This document shows, piece after piece, positions 7,713-16,233 of a DNA stretch of 48,003 nucleotides. The DNA is from a virus. Within the stretch, counting starts at the first letter, position 1. Every line of letters begins with the position of its first letter. A program made the translations under genes and the position numbers. The stretch spans positions 1-48,003 of IMG/VR virus record IMGVR_UViG_3300017421_000001; one strand, given 5' to 3'. Below the pieces are notes generated by a model. The model saw only the letters and a program-made list of their open reading frames with translations, made no database searches and was not told the DNA's origin.

Positions 7713-8067
7713 GGTGTTCCGTTGGATCGGCATCGTTACGATCGGGGCGATCCTGACCGGCGCGCTCATGTACGCCTCGCTCTGGCTATACGCGAACCTG
7801 ATCTACCAGCGGTTCGGTGCCATTCTGTTTCGCAAAAGCGAACGTCGGCTGTCCCTCGCATCTTGGCATGCGACCAAGCTGATGCGGAAGGGCGAGCAGA
7901 GCGACGACGATTGGCCGGCTGACGACTTCCCGATCAATGAACGGCCCTTCTACCTCTCATACCAGATCGGCCAGCGCCGCTTTTTCATGATGCTTGGCTG
8001 GCTTGGGCCGCATCGTTCCGCGCCGATCAAAGGGCGCCATCCGTTTGTCGATAGGAAGCTCCCATGA
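7702..8067 (+). CDS. Hypothetical membrane-anchored protein
   Basis: N-terminal hydrophobic helix WIGIVTIGAILTGALMYASLWLY. GTG start overlaps the upstream gene. Confidence 0.5.
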   Translation: MAGEVFRWIGIVTIGAILTGALMYASLWLYANLIYQRFGAILFRKSERRLSLASWHATKLMRKGEQSDDDWPADDFPINERPFYLSYQIGQRRFFMMLGWLGPHRSAPIKGRHPFVDRKLP

Positions 8068-8630
8068 CCACCCCAAAGACATCCCCGGTAGCTGAGAGCG
8101 TGGTGGAGAAGGTGGCGGCTATCATACGCGACCACAACCCGAAACCTTGCGGCGTAGAGTGGCCTCGTAACGCAGCTGTTGCGATCCTCGCGGCCATGCC
8201 CTGCCCCATAGAGGACGATACCCCCACCGATGAGCTAGAGCGAGGCAAAGACGAATTGCGCCGCTTGATGGAGAGTATTTGGCGCGCCGAGTACCGAAAG
8301 GATGCGCCCAACTGGAAACCTCTCGAAGATCTGCCTGGGATGATTTCACAGATCGACAACATGTATGCCGGTGTTCGCCAGCAGCGGGATCAGGCGCGAT
8401 GGGACTTGCACAACCCGCCGGCAGCCACAGCAGGCCTCGTGGGGGAGTTGGTCGAGGCGTTGCGTAAGCTTGAGCAGGCTAACGACGATCTATGCGCTAC
8501 AAGGTCACAGGTGACCTACAATAGCATGATCCATCACGACAAAGCGCACGATCATCTCCTGGCGCTGGACGAAGCTCGCTGCAACGCCCGCACCGCCCTC
8601 TCCAAAGCCAAGGATCTCCCTCATGGTTGA
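8064..8630 (+). CDS. Hypothetical 188-aa protein
   Basis: ATGA-type overlap with the upstream gene. No motif recognised. Confidence 0.55.
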   Translation: MTTPKTSPVAESVVEKVAAIIRDHNPKPCGVEWPRNAAVAILAAMPCPIEDDTPTDELERGKDELRRLMESIWRAEYRKDAPNWKPLEDLPGMISQIDNMYAGVRQQRDQARWDLHNPPAATAGLVGELVEALRKLEQANDDLCATRSQVTYNSMIHHDKAHDHLLALDEARCNARTALSKAKDLPHG

Positions 8631-8862
8631 GCAAGTCATACCTGACGCCGGGAAGCTGGTGGAGTTGGCGGATGACTACGACGATTACGAGGACGGCTGC
8701 TATGAGTGTGGCGGCGAGGGCTTCGTGTCCGATTGCGTCGAGGAATGGGCGTGCGTCGATCCTGAGTATGGCTGCGACTATTGCACGCGTCGATGCCCAC
8801 TGTGCAATCCCGCCCGCGCCCAATCATCCTCCGATACCGCTAAGAGTGAGGGGGAGGTATGA
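8623..8862 (+). CDS. Small Cys-rich zinc-finger-like protein
   Basis: 79 aa. CYECGGEG (the DnaJ-type CxxCxGxG motif) plus CDYCTRRCPLC. Acidic N-terminus. Confidence 0.55.
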   Translation: MVEQVIPDAGKLVELADDYDDYEDGCYECGGEGFVSDCVEEWACVDPEYGCDYCTRRCPLCNPARAQSSSDTAKSEGEV

Positions 8863-9080
8863 GCAACATGCGACGCATCGCCTACGCCGCGTTCTCATCA
8901 GCTGAAGCCCTGAGATTGGCTGCGCAGATCCAGCAGGGGCCTGCGCCTACCTTCCATCATCCATGCGGACGTAGGTCTGTGATCGTCGGCAAGTGGGGCC
9001 ATCAGCTCGCGCACCCCAGCGACTGCCCTGACTGTGCCGCAGTCGCCAAGCCCTTGCAGAACAATACCGGAACAAGCTAA
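8859..9080 (+). CDS. Hypothetical 73-aa protein
   Basis: Overlaps the upstream stop. Co-directional. Confidence 0.45.
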   Translation: MSNMRRIAYAAFSSAEALRLAAQIQQGPAPTFHHPCGRRSVIVGKWGHQLAHPSDCPDCAAVAKPLQNNTGTS

Positions 9081-9089
9081 TCCCCATGA

Positions 9090-9350
9090 ATGTCCCGCAA
9101 CCGAGTCGACGAAGGGGCAGTCACCCGAGCCCTCAGCGTGCTAACCGAGGCGCGTGATGCCGACGAACCGATGCAGACCAAAGGCGTTGCCCTCGCTCTC
9201 TATGTGCTTCGTGGACATTGCCCCGATGATTGGCTGCGGTACTTCTGGGATGCTGCCGGTACAGACCATGACATCGGTAGAGCGCAGAGCATGCACGCGG
9301 CTTACAATGGGGTGGAGTTGCGGGTGAAAGGGAAGGATAAGAGGCCATGA
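9090..9350 (+). CDS. Hypothetical 86-aa protein
   Basis: Co-directional ORF. No motif recognised. Confidence 0.5.
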   Translation: MSRNRVDEGAVTRALSVLTEARDADEPMQTKGVALALYVLRGHCPDDWLRYFWDAAGTDHDIGRAQSMHAAYNGVELRVKGKDKRP

Positions 9351-9466
9351 CGTGGGAAATTGCTTTCACCATAGCCTGCCCCCTGCTGACAATGTGGGGA
9401 TGGTACTGGGGCCGCAAGTATGAGCGAAAGCTTGCGGGTGAGGCAAGGACGATTAGGGATAAGTGA
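9347..9466 (+). CDS. 39-aa hydrophobic micro-protein (below the ORF-track cutoff)
   Basis: ATGA overlap at 9347..9350. Sequence MTWEIAFTIACPLLTMWGWYWGRKYERKLAGEARTIRDK. Confidence 0.4.
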   Translation: MTWEIAFTIACPLLTMWGWYWGRKYERKLAGEARTIRDK

Positions 9467-9672
9467 TGGCACACGATCACGCAGTAGGCGCCATCAAAAA
9501 AGTCGTTCTATACGACAGCGGGCTAGGTGGCCGGTATCGCATTCGGTTCAATTGCGGATGCTTTGGAGCCTGGACGCTTGAAGGCAAAAGCTTGACCGGC
9601 GGTGACGATATGGTCGATTTTGATACTGAAGTGCTTGCCGCCAAGCTCGTAGAGGGTGAACTTACGCCATGA
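9466..9672 (+). CDS. Hypothetical 68-aa protein
   Basis: ATG 9466 overlaps the TGA of the micro-ORF (the track uses GTG 9463). Confidence 0.5.
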   Translation: MAHDHAVGAIKKVVLYDSGLGGRYRIRFNCGCFGAWTLEGKSLTGGDDMVDFDTEVLAAKLVEGELTP

Positions 9673-9920
9673 CCGACACACCCCTACACCGCGCCGCCCG
9701 AGCCCTCATGAAATCGCAGAGCGGTGTCGATGACTTCGATGCGCTTGATGACGAGATGCAGCAGGGCTTGCTGGATGATGTGCGGGCAGTGCTGGAGTTA
9801 GGTTTTAGGGCTGGCTATCAGGCGGCGGTGGATGAAAAGGTGCAGCATGGATATGATGCCTCGCGCCATTTGCCTTTCGAAGATCTAGCTTGGAACAGCT
9901 ATCTAAATTTATCCAAGTGA
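9669..9920 (+). CDS. Hypothetical 83-aa acidic protein
   Basis: ATGA overlap with the upstream gene. Last clear gene of the plus-strand block. Confidence 0.55.
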   Translation: MTDTPLHRAARALMKSQSGVDDFDALDDEMQQGLLDDVRAVLELGFRAGYQAAVDEKVQHGYDASRHLPFEDLAWNSYLNLSK

Positions 9921-10349
9921 GACTACCCCGCGCCTACCTGCGGTTCCTTGGCGTGCTGCTGGTGGCTGCGGTGCTGATCGAGCTTGCGCGGGGGATGGCG
10001 ATGTGAGATTCTGCGTGGGCTGCGGCGGCCTAGCCGAGCGAGGGATCTCGAAAGAGACACCGCCCTGTCAGTCGGGAGTTGCGCCCCGGCACGCAGCTAT
10101 ACAGCCGGAAAGACGGTGCTGATCTAGCGCTGGATCAGTCGGGATGGTGGATAGGCTCACCGTATGGGGGACGCGTTCGGGGAGTACCGAGCAACACGCG
10201 ATCCCGACCAGTTTAGGTCCCTGCGCTGCTTCGGCATCAGGCTTGTGTAGCTGCGGCGTGGTCAGCCCTGTTGGTCCGCAAAACCAAAGCGCACTGTGCA
10301 AAGTGCCGCCGCAGCTTCATTACCGTCCATTACCGATTACTATATCACC

Positions 10350-10637
10350 TCAACATGTCGTGCTGCATTCGGTGCGTAGGGGCTGCATAGCGATGTTGGG
10401 CCACTGCAATGGCGGACTTCCGATGCCAGGCCGCATGTGATGGTTCGGGCCGTCTTTGACAATCCCGGGTACGTACGGCACCGCTGCAGGAAGGCGACTT
10501 AGATCAACGGGAGGCGTAACTTTCACGAACACCGTCGCAAGGTGTTCGCGCATCGACTGCCATTGTGCAGCCGTTGGCGGTTCCGAGTTGAGCTCAGCAA
10601 AACCTTGCATCCAGTAGGCGAATTGTTCTGCGGTCAT
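10350..10637 (-). CDS. Hypothetical 95-aa protein (last gene of the leftward unit)
   Basis: Internal ATG 10637 forms an ATGA overlap with the upstream stop. The N-terminus MTAEQFAYWMQGFAELNSEPPTAAQW looks like a conserved phage family. Confidence 0.5.
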   Translation of the reverse strand: MTAEQFAYWMQGFAELNSEPPTAAQWQSMREHLATVFVKVTPPVDLSRLPAAVPYVPGIVKDGPNHHMRPGIGSPPLQWPNIAMQPLRTECSTTC

Positions 10638-10978
10638 GGCCTGATCTCCTCTGCTCGCTCTACAGCAGCGTCTGCGACCTGATCGGCAGCTTCCACCGCG
10701 CTCTTGGGCACAACGCCCCCCACCGCCGCTGTAGCAGCCTGCTCGGCTATCCTGGCGCTGCTCTCGGCCATTTCGCCGCCGCTCTTGGTTGCTTGGTATG
10801 CCCAGCCTACAGGACCGTTCGCCCAACCAGTGATGACGATCGCGGTGGCCAGCACCAGGAAGGCATTGTTGTCGAGCAAGCTCTTGTCGATCGCGATCAT
10901 GGCCAGCACGATCAGGACCAGGACGAAGCAGCCGGCGCCGATCCAGCCTCGCGCGTCGGGCCAAGCAAAACGGGTCAT
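10634..10978 (-). CDS. Two-helix membrane protein of the lysis cassette (spanin-like or accessory, function uncertain)
   Basis: ATG 10978 overlaps the endolysin stop. Hydrophobic helices WIGAGCFVLVLIVLAMIAI and AFLVLATAIVITGWA. Confidence 0.45.
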   Translation of the reverse strand: MTRFAWPDARGWIGAGCFVLVLIVLAMIAIDKSLLDNNAFLVLATAIVITGWANGPVGWAYQATKSGGEMAESSARIAEQAATAAVGGVVPKSAVEAADQVADAAVERAEEIRP

Positions 10979-11571
10979 CGTGCCCAAGCTCCCGTCTTGC
11001 CGTGCAGCCACTTCAGGAACTGCCCCACGGTCTTGTTCTTGAGGATGGTCGGGTTGGCGCTGGTAGCCGCAGCCCCGGCGATCAGATCGGCCCGAGCGTC
11101 CACATCAGCGCTGATGATCTTGACTGCCATGCCAACGCCGAGGAAGTGCGCAGCGTAGAGCGAGGCGTTGTTGATCGGGATGCCCTTGGCACGCAGCACC
11201 TTGGCGTTCTTCTCGGTGAACGACTTGGCCCGCTGGGTCTGTTCCGCTTCCGAAGGCCGCAAGCCACCGAAGGGCTCGCTCATGTCTGGGCCCCACTTGC
11301 CGCTTTCAGCGATCCAGGTAGTGCGGATGAACTGGTATAGGCCCGATGCGCTGGACGTGCTGGCCTTCACATAGGGACGGTTGCCGCTCTCGATCTTGGC
11401 GAGCAACGGCCAGTAGCTGTCGGGAATGTCAGACATCGGCTTAGCCTCTCTCTCGGCGCCGAGCGCGTCCAAGATGTTGTGTAGGGCGAGCATGTTGCCC
11501 GGGTCGTTGAACACGCCAGGCGGGGCGATCTTGCGGACGGCCTCGAAAACGGGGGTGCGGGGATCGGTCAT
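10975..11571 (-). CDS. Endolysin, lytic transglycosylase (SLT-type)
   Basis: KIESGNRPYVKASTSSASGLYQF matches the SLT catalytic E-S...GLxQ motif. Flanked by small membrane proteins. Confidence 0.75.
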   Translation of the reverse strand: MTDPRTPVFEAVRKIAPPGVFNDPGNMLALHNILDALGAEREAKPMSDIPDSYWPLLAKIESGNRPYVKASTSSASGLYQFIRTTWIAESGKWGPDMSEPFGGLRPSEAEQTQRAKSFTEKNAKVLRAKGIPINNASLYAAHFLGVGMAVKIISADVDARADLIAGAAATSANPTILKNKTVGQFLKWLHGKTGAWAR

Positions 11572-11885
11572 CGCGCGCTCTCCTGCAGACGGCGAAGTGC
11601 AGCCTGCTTCTGGCGATGGTTGTTCAGCTTATGGCGCGTGAGGCGACCGACGAAGTAGACCGCGCAGCCGATGCGAAAGAGGGCGATCGACCAGTCATCA
11701 AAGGGCGATGGCTTGAAGGTGATGGGCCCGATCGTCATCACGCAACCAGCGGCGAGCAGGCCCATGCCAAGGGACTCGACCCAAGTGAACGCCTTGGGCT
11801 TCCACACCAGCTTGAAACTCACGATGCAGAACACCGTGAACGACGCGACGACGTTGAGGACGTCGAATGCTACAGTCTCGGTCAT
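11568..11885 (-). CDS. Three-helix membrane protein (holin/antiholin-like)
   Basis: Internal ATG 11885 (ATGA overlap). 105 aa with three hydrophobic segments. Immediately upstream of the endolysin. Confidence 0.5.
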   Translation of the reverse strand: MTETVAFDVLNVVASFTVFCIVSFKLVWKPKAFTWVESLGMGLLAAGCVMTIGPITFKPSPFDDWSIALFRIGCAVYFVGRLTRHKLNNHRQKQAALRRLQESAR

Positions 11886-12211
11886 ACCTCCTCCTCTGGC
11901 TGTACGCCTCCGAGAAGGGTCTTGACCCGGCGCACGGCAAACGGGATCAGGATGTTGGACCCGGAGGCCATGAGGTAGTAAATCGCTCCGACGACGCGGA
12001 TCTCGGGCGGCTCGTATCCGAACACCGAGTGAGCGACCCAAGGCGACACGAACCACGCGAAGGTCGTGCCCACGAACAGCGCCATGAGAATGTCAGCGGG
12101 CGACATGCGCGAGTAGGGCCGGAACGAAAGCGCAGTGACCGCGCCGGCCAAGCTGGCGAGCAGAGGCCACAGCCATCGGAGCAGAGGGTTGTCTTCGCTC
12201 ATAGGTCGCAC
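11882..12211 (-). CDS. Membrane protein (holin-like)
   Basis: GTG 12211 is preceded by GGGGAG; ATG 12202 is an alternative start. Several hydrophobic helices. First gene of the lysis cassette. Confidence 0.5.
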   Translation of the reverse strand: MRPMSEDNPLLRWLWPLLASLAGAVTALSFRPYSRMSPADILMALFVGTTFAWFVSPWVAHSVFGYEPPEIRVVGAIYYLMASGSNILIPFAVRRVKTLLGGVQPEEEV

Positions 12212-12300
12212 AGGGCTCCCCCTTGGCTTTGCGCTGGGCTGTCAGGCATCAGCTCGTTCTCTCGATCATGGGGCGGTGGGGCCACGGGTGGGGCGGCTCA

Positions 12301-15300
12301 TCACCGGTTCAAACGGCGGATTGCGCTCAGGCGGAAGTAGACCGTCGCGGATGTCGGGACCGCGTTTGCCACCACCGCTCGCACGCGCATCTGCAGGTTT
12401 GCTGGCTCGCCAGTCAGCGTCACGGGCAAAGTCCGAAGGACGCCCGAGTAGCTGTCAGGGCCGAGCTGGTATCCGGCCGTAGCAGCAGCAATGTCGGATG
12501 CGCCGTCAAAGATGTTCGGACCTACGATCATCATGTCGAAAGAACGAATCCCGGAAGGTGTCTCCACCATCACTTCCAGGGTGGCATCGATCACGTCACC
12601 AGCTTGGAACTGGCTTTTGTAGAGGTCGATGTTCACCGTCCAGCGATGAAAGACCGGAGATGCGTCTGAACCGCTCGGAGTACCAGACAGCACAGCTTTC
12701 TGCCATTTGCGGCCGACCGCATCGGTATAGATGCTGTTGGCTGCGGCAGCGGACCCGCCGGCCGAGTTGGTGTAGGAAAAGTTGTCTACTACGGTGCCTA
12801 ATCCCGCCATCAGGGCATTCGGTAGCAGGTTGCCGTTTCGGGCAATCATCTGCACGCCGTCGCGCGGAACAACCTCCCGAGCGCGCGGCAGGAACATCGC
12901 CAACGCGGCGCGGACTGCACGACCTTGAACGAAGGTCCCCCGCACCGTCATATGGATGCCATCGACGGTGGCCCAGGACGCTGCAATGGTCGGGTCTGTG
13001 CTGTCCGCCAGCGCGTTCCAGGTGTCAGCCACAGCCACGCCGCCAAACGGGTTATGCATGGCGTTGATGCCGTCGCGCACTGCAACATGCTCGGTCTTCA
13101 ACGCGCCGCTTAGATCGGTTCGCGGCGTTTCGTTGGAGATGACGACCCGGATGCCCGCCGTCTTGAGCATGTTGATCATGGCGGTCAGATTGGCGAGCGA
13201 GTCGGCAGAGGTGTATTTCACGCCCGTCGCGGGGTTAGTGGCATTGCGATCGTTGGTGCTCGCGAGCAGGCAGCACACCTCGACGCTCGCCGCCTTCATT
13301 GCCGCGATGTCGGCAGGAAGAACCGCAAGCAGTTCGTCCGTTCGCCAACCGGAGCGACCGAAATTCAGCGCTGGCGTGGTGTCAAAGTTCTGCCGCGAAA
13401 GCATCCGCAGCCAATGCACATAGGAACGGTTCGACAGGTACTTGAGGCCTGAGCCGATTTGGCCCTGGATAGTCCTGCTATCGCCTTCAAACGCCACCAC
13501 TGGGCCACGTAGCTGATCCTCAATAGCTAGCGTTCGCGCGCTGTTGACCGCGAGCGCCAAGTCAGCCTGGAGGAAGCGCAGGAAACCGAGAGATGATCCT
13601 TTGAAGATGATCGGCGCGGCCAGAACCCCGGAGAACAGATCACTTGCCGCAGCTTGGGTTCGCAGCATGAAGCCATTGATCGAACCGGACGATACAGTGT
13701 CGGCAATATCGGCAGCACTCAGAGTTCGCTGCACGTAATAGCAGGCCCAACCATTACCCACTTCGACCGAGGTGGTCATCGGGATGTTGGCCCTGTTCAC
13801 ACCCATGTTAAAGCCAAACTGTGCGTATTTCGTCGGGTCCACCAGCGGGTCTACCGTGAGGGCACGGGTGAAGATGGCCAGCGTCACGACATCGCCTTGT
13901 GCAAACCCGCTGTCGCTCAAATCAATAGGCGTGAAATACGGAGACACGATCTCAACGCGCTGTTGCTTCGCTGGATCCTGTAGCTCAAATTGGTAGCCGA
14001 ATAGGCCGGGGATCGGGAATAGTTGGTTGTCGAGGTTGACAACCGAACCTGCCTGCACGGCGCCGGTGCCACTCGATGCAGCGATGGCCCAGTTCGATGC
14101 AAGCTTTACATCGGTAGCCGGCATCAACTGAGGTGAAGGAGCGTCCGACAGCATACGCGCGACGAGAGAACCCGTTGCCAATTTTCTTAACCCGACTTCG
14201 TATCCGTACCCCACGCCGGTGGTGACCGGCTCGGATGTCGACGCAACAGGCTCCTCCGGGTAGATCGCGGGCTGCGTCCGCTTGCCCATTAGCGTGAACA
14301 GTGTGGAGGACGTGATCACAGGCGGGCGCTTGCGCTGCTGACGCCAGAGCAGCCAAAAGGCCTTCTCCAGCCCCTCACCCTTGGCGTTGTAGTGCACGTC
14401 GTTGGAGGTGGTGGTCTCCATGACCGAGCGGGGATTGATCCCGGCATCGTAGTCGGTCTGGTCGTTGCTCGAACCATCGCGGCCGAACCAGCGCACGTAG
14501 TCCGAATTGTTGTACTTCTGCCCGCCTACCGTGACGATCGCGTACCGATCGCCGAACAGCTGGTAGAACTGGCCATCCGTGTAGCCGTTCGCCTGCGTGC
14601 CGTTGAGGTAGCGCAGCGCGGTGTAGAACGGCGTGCCGGTGGTCCAGTTGTTCTGCGGGCTGAGGCCAAGGACCGTGATGGGCTGGCCGACCGTCTCAGC
14701 CGCGATGAGTTGCAGGTCCTCCAGTACGCGCGGGTTGATGTCGTTCGGGAACACCGGATTGCCAGGACCGGCAAAGGCGTAGTTCTGGCTGAGACGCGCC
14801 GTGACCTCATGTGTCTTCAGGCGCGCGAGGTTGTCCGGCACGAACGGCGACTGCGGATCGATCGGCGTGGCGCCCAAGCCATCATCCGCCGTGAACTTGT
14901 AGGACGGCGTTCCACCGTTGGGCACCGACATGAGGCCATGCCGCCCGCCCCAGGTGCCAGCCTCCGAGCAGTGCGTCGAGATCGTGTCGCCTGCAAACGT
15001 GCTCAGGAAGCCATGAGCCGCGAACAGGTCGAACGACGCGGGGTTGTCCCCCACCGCCGAAGCAGAAGGCGCAACACCGTTGATTGACGTGACAGCCACG
15101 CTTGTGCCGCTTGCCGGGATCGTATTGCCGGCTGCAGTGCAGAGCAGCTTGCGTACGCCCAGGCGATAGACCTGCTTGGCGCCGCTGCTGTACTTGGCGA
15201 CCACCACGGCGTCGCGGCCCAGGTCGGCAGCGGCGCTTGCAGCCCAGGTGTTGTCGAGCATGCTGTCGCCAGTGAACAGCAGCGGACGCAATGCGTCGTA

Positions 15301-15999
15301 GTCGAACGCCTGCGTGTCAATTGCGCGGATGCCGCCCCCAATCGGCAGGGTGAAGTTGCCCCACGACAGCGTGAAACCGTCCGCCTCACCGTCCCACTCA
15401 AGCATGGCACGCAGAGGCGAAGTGGTGGACAGCGCTATGGCACGAAAGCCGTAGATGCGAGGTTGGTATAGCTCACCGATGTTGGCGAGAGCGGTGGGCA
15501 TCTGCTCCACGTTCGCAGCAGGCAAAGTGCCTTGGAACGGAATGATGTCAAGCTGCTGCCGCTCCCGCTCGGTCCATAAAAAGCACCACTGTGCTTGTGC
15601 GAGGAACCCGCCCTCGCGGGTGGGCCCGTCACGATCACCCGCAAGCCGCCACTCATATTCGCGCCATTCTTGGAATAGCCCGCTTGCGTCTTGCGTGACC
15701 TTGAACGTCAGGCCGCGCTTGCGTTGGTCGAGCGGGATGGCGTCACGATCAGCAATGCTGCCGGAGCGCGCTATTCCAGGAAGAGAACCGTTGAAGGTCG
15801 CAGCGGCAGCATTCGTCTGATCGATAGCTTGCTGGATTAGAGCCAAAGCTTCGGTCGGATCGCCTTGCTCTGCGACGACGGCCGCAACAAGCACATTGAG
15901 CTCAGAGAACGCCGCAAGCACGCCCTCACGCGAAGGCTGCTTCGTAAGCGAAGGCGGATTGCCGAAAAGTGCATCCCGAAGGGTGTCTATTGCGCTCAC
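12301..15999 (-). CDS. Large tail fibre / host-recognition protein with SGNH(GDSL)-hydrolase domain(s)
   Basis: 1232 aa, GTG start. VVAFEGDSRT...STNDRN...VDGIHMT form an SGNH block I/III/V pattern. A second GDS motif, LLFTGDSMLDN, lies N-terminally. Follows the J-like gene. Confidence 0.75.
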   Translation of the reverse strand: MSAIDTLRDALFGNPPSLTKQPSREGVLAAFSELNVLVAAVVAEQGDPTEALALIQQAIDQTNAAAATFNGSLPGIARSGSIADRDAIPLDQRKRGLTFKVTQDASGLFQEWREYEWRLAGDRDGPTREGGFLAQAQWCFLWTERERQQLDIIPFQGTLPAANVEQMPTALANIGELYQPRIYGFRAIALSTTSPLRAMLEWDGEADGFTLSWGNFTLPIGGGIRAIDTQAFDYDALRPLLFTGDSMLDNTWAASAAADLGRDAVVVAKYSSGAKQVYRLGVRKLLCTAAGNTIPASGTSVAVTSINGVAPSASAVGDNPASFDLFAAHGFLSTFAGDTISTHCSEAGTWGGRHGLMSVPNGGTPSYKFTADDGLGATPIDPQSPFVPDNLARLKTHEVTARLSQNYAFAGPGNPVFPNDINPRVLEDLQLIAAETVGQPITVLGLSPQNNWTTGTPFYTALRYLNGTQANGYTDGQFYQLFGDRYAIVTVGGQKYNNSDYVRWFGRDGSSNDQTDYDAGINPRSVMETTTSNDVHYNAKGEGLEKAFWLLWRQQRKRPPVITSSTLFTLMGKRTQPAIYPEEPVASTSEPVTTGVGYGYEVGLRKLATGSLVARMLSDAPSPQLMPATDVKLASNWAIAASSGTGAVQAGSVVNLDNQLFPIPGLFGYQFELQDPAKQQRVEIVSPYFTPIDLSDSGFAQGDVVTLAIFTRALTVDPLVDPTKYAQFGFNMGVNRANIPMTTSVEVGNGWACYYVQRTLSAADIADTVSSGSINGFMLRTQAAASDLFSGVLAAPIIFKGSSLGFLRFLQADLALAVNSARTLAIEDQLRGPVVAFEGDSRTIQGQIGSGLKYLSNRSYVHWLRMLSRQNFDTTPALNFGRSGWRTDELLAVLPADIAAMKAASVEVCCLLASTNDRNATNPATGVKYTSADSLANLTAMINMLKTAGIRVVISNETPRTDLSGALKTEHVAVRDGINAMHNPFGGVAVADTWNALADSTDPTIAASWATVDGIHMTVRGTFVQGRAVRAALAMFLPRAREVVPRDGVQMIARNGNLLPNALMAGLGTVVDNFSYTNSAGGSAAAANSIYTDAVGRKWQKAVLSGTPSGSDASPVFHRWTVNIDLYKSQFQAGDVIDATLEVMVETPSGIRSFDMMIVGPNIFDGASDIAAATAGYQLGPDSYSGVLRTLPVTLTGEPANLQMRVRAVVANAVPTSATVYFRLSAIRRLNR

Positions 16000-16233
16000 G
16001 CCATCGCCTTTAGAAGTATGTTACGTGCACATACTCTGCGGTGACATATTAGACAAGCTTGTTGAAATAATCGGAAAGTCAGTTTGCTTTGGCGATGACT
16101 TTTTGTTGCGGCAAACCCGTGCTTGAGGGCTCGACACGATAGGTCCATTGCGCCGATGGATCTGGGCCCGCAACCGGCTGCAGCTTCCCATCCTTGTGGA
16201 TCATCGCTCCAACGATCGGATTAGCCTTGGCGG

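Noticed and set aside
10007-10349. tRNA, tmRNA or cos site in the convergence zone
   Set aside because: No cloverleaf could be drawn. The candidate long-range pairings I saw cross each other. Nothing ties the region to the terminase genes, which are 28 kb away. It is kept only as a low-priority finding.
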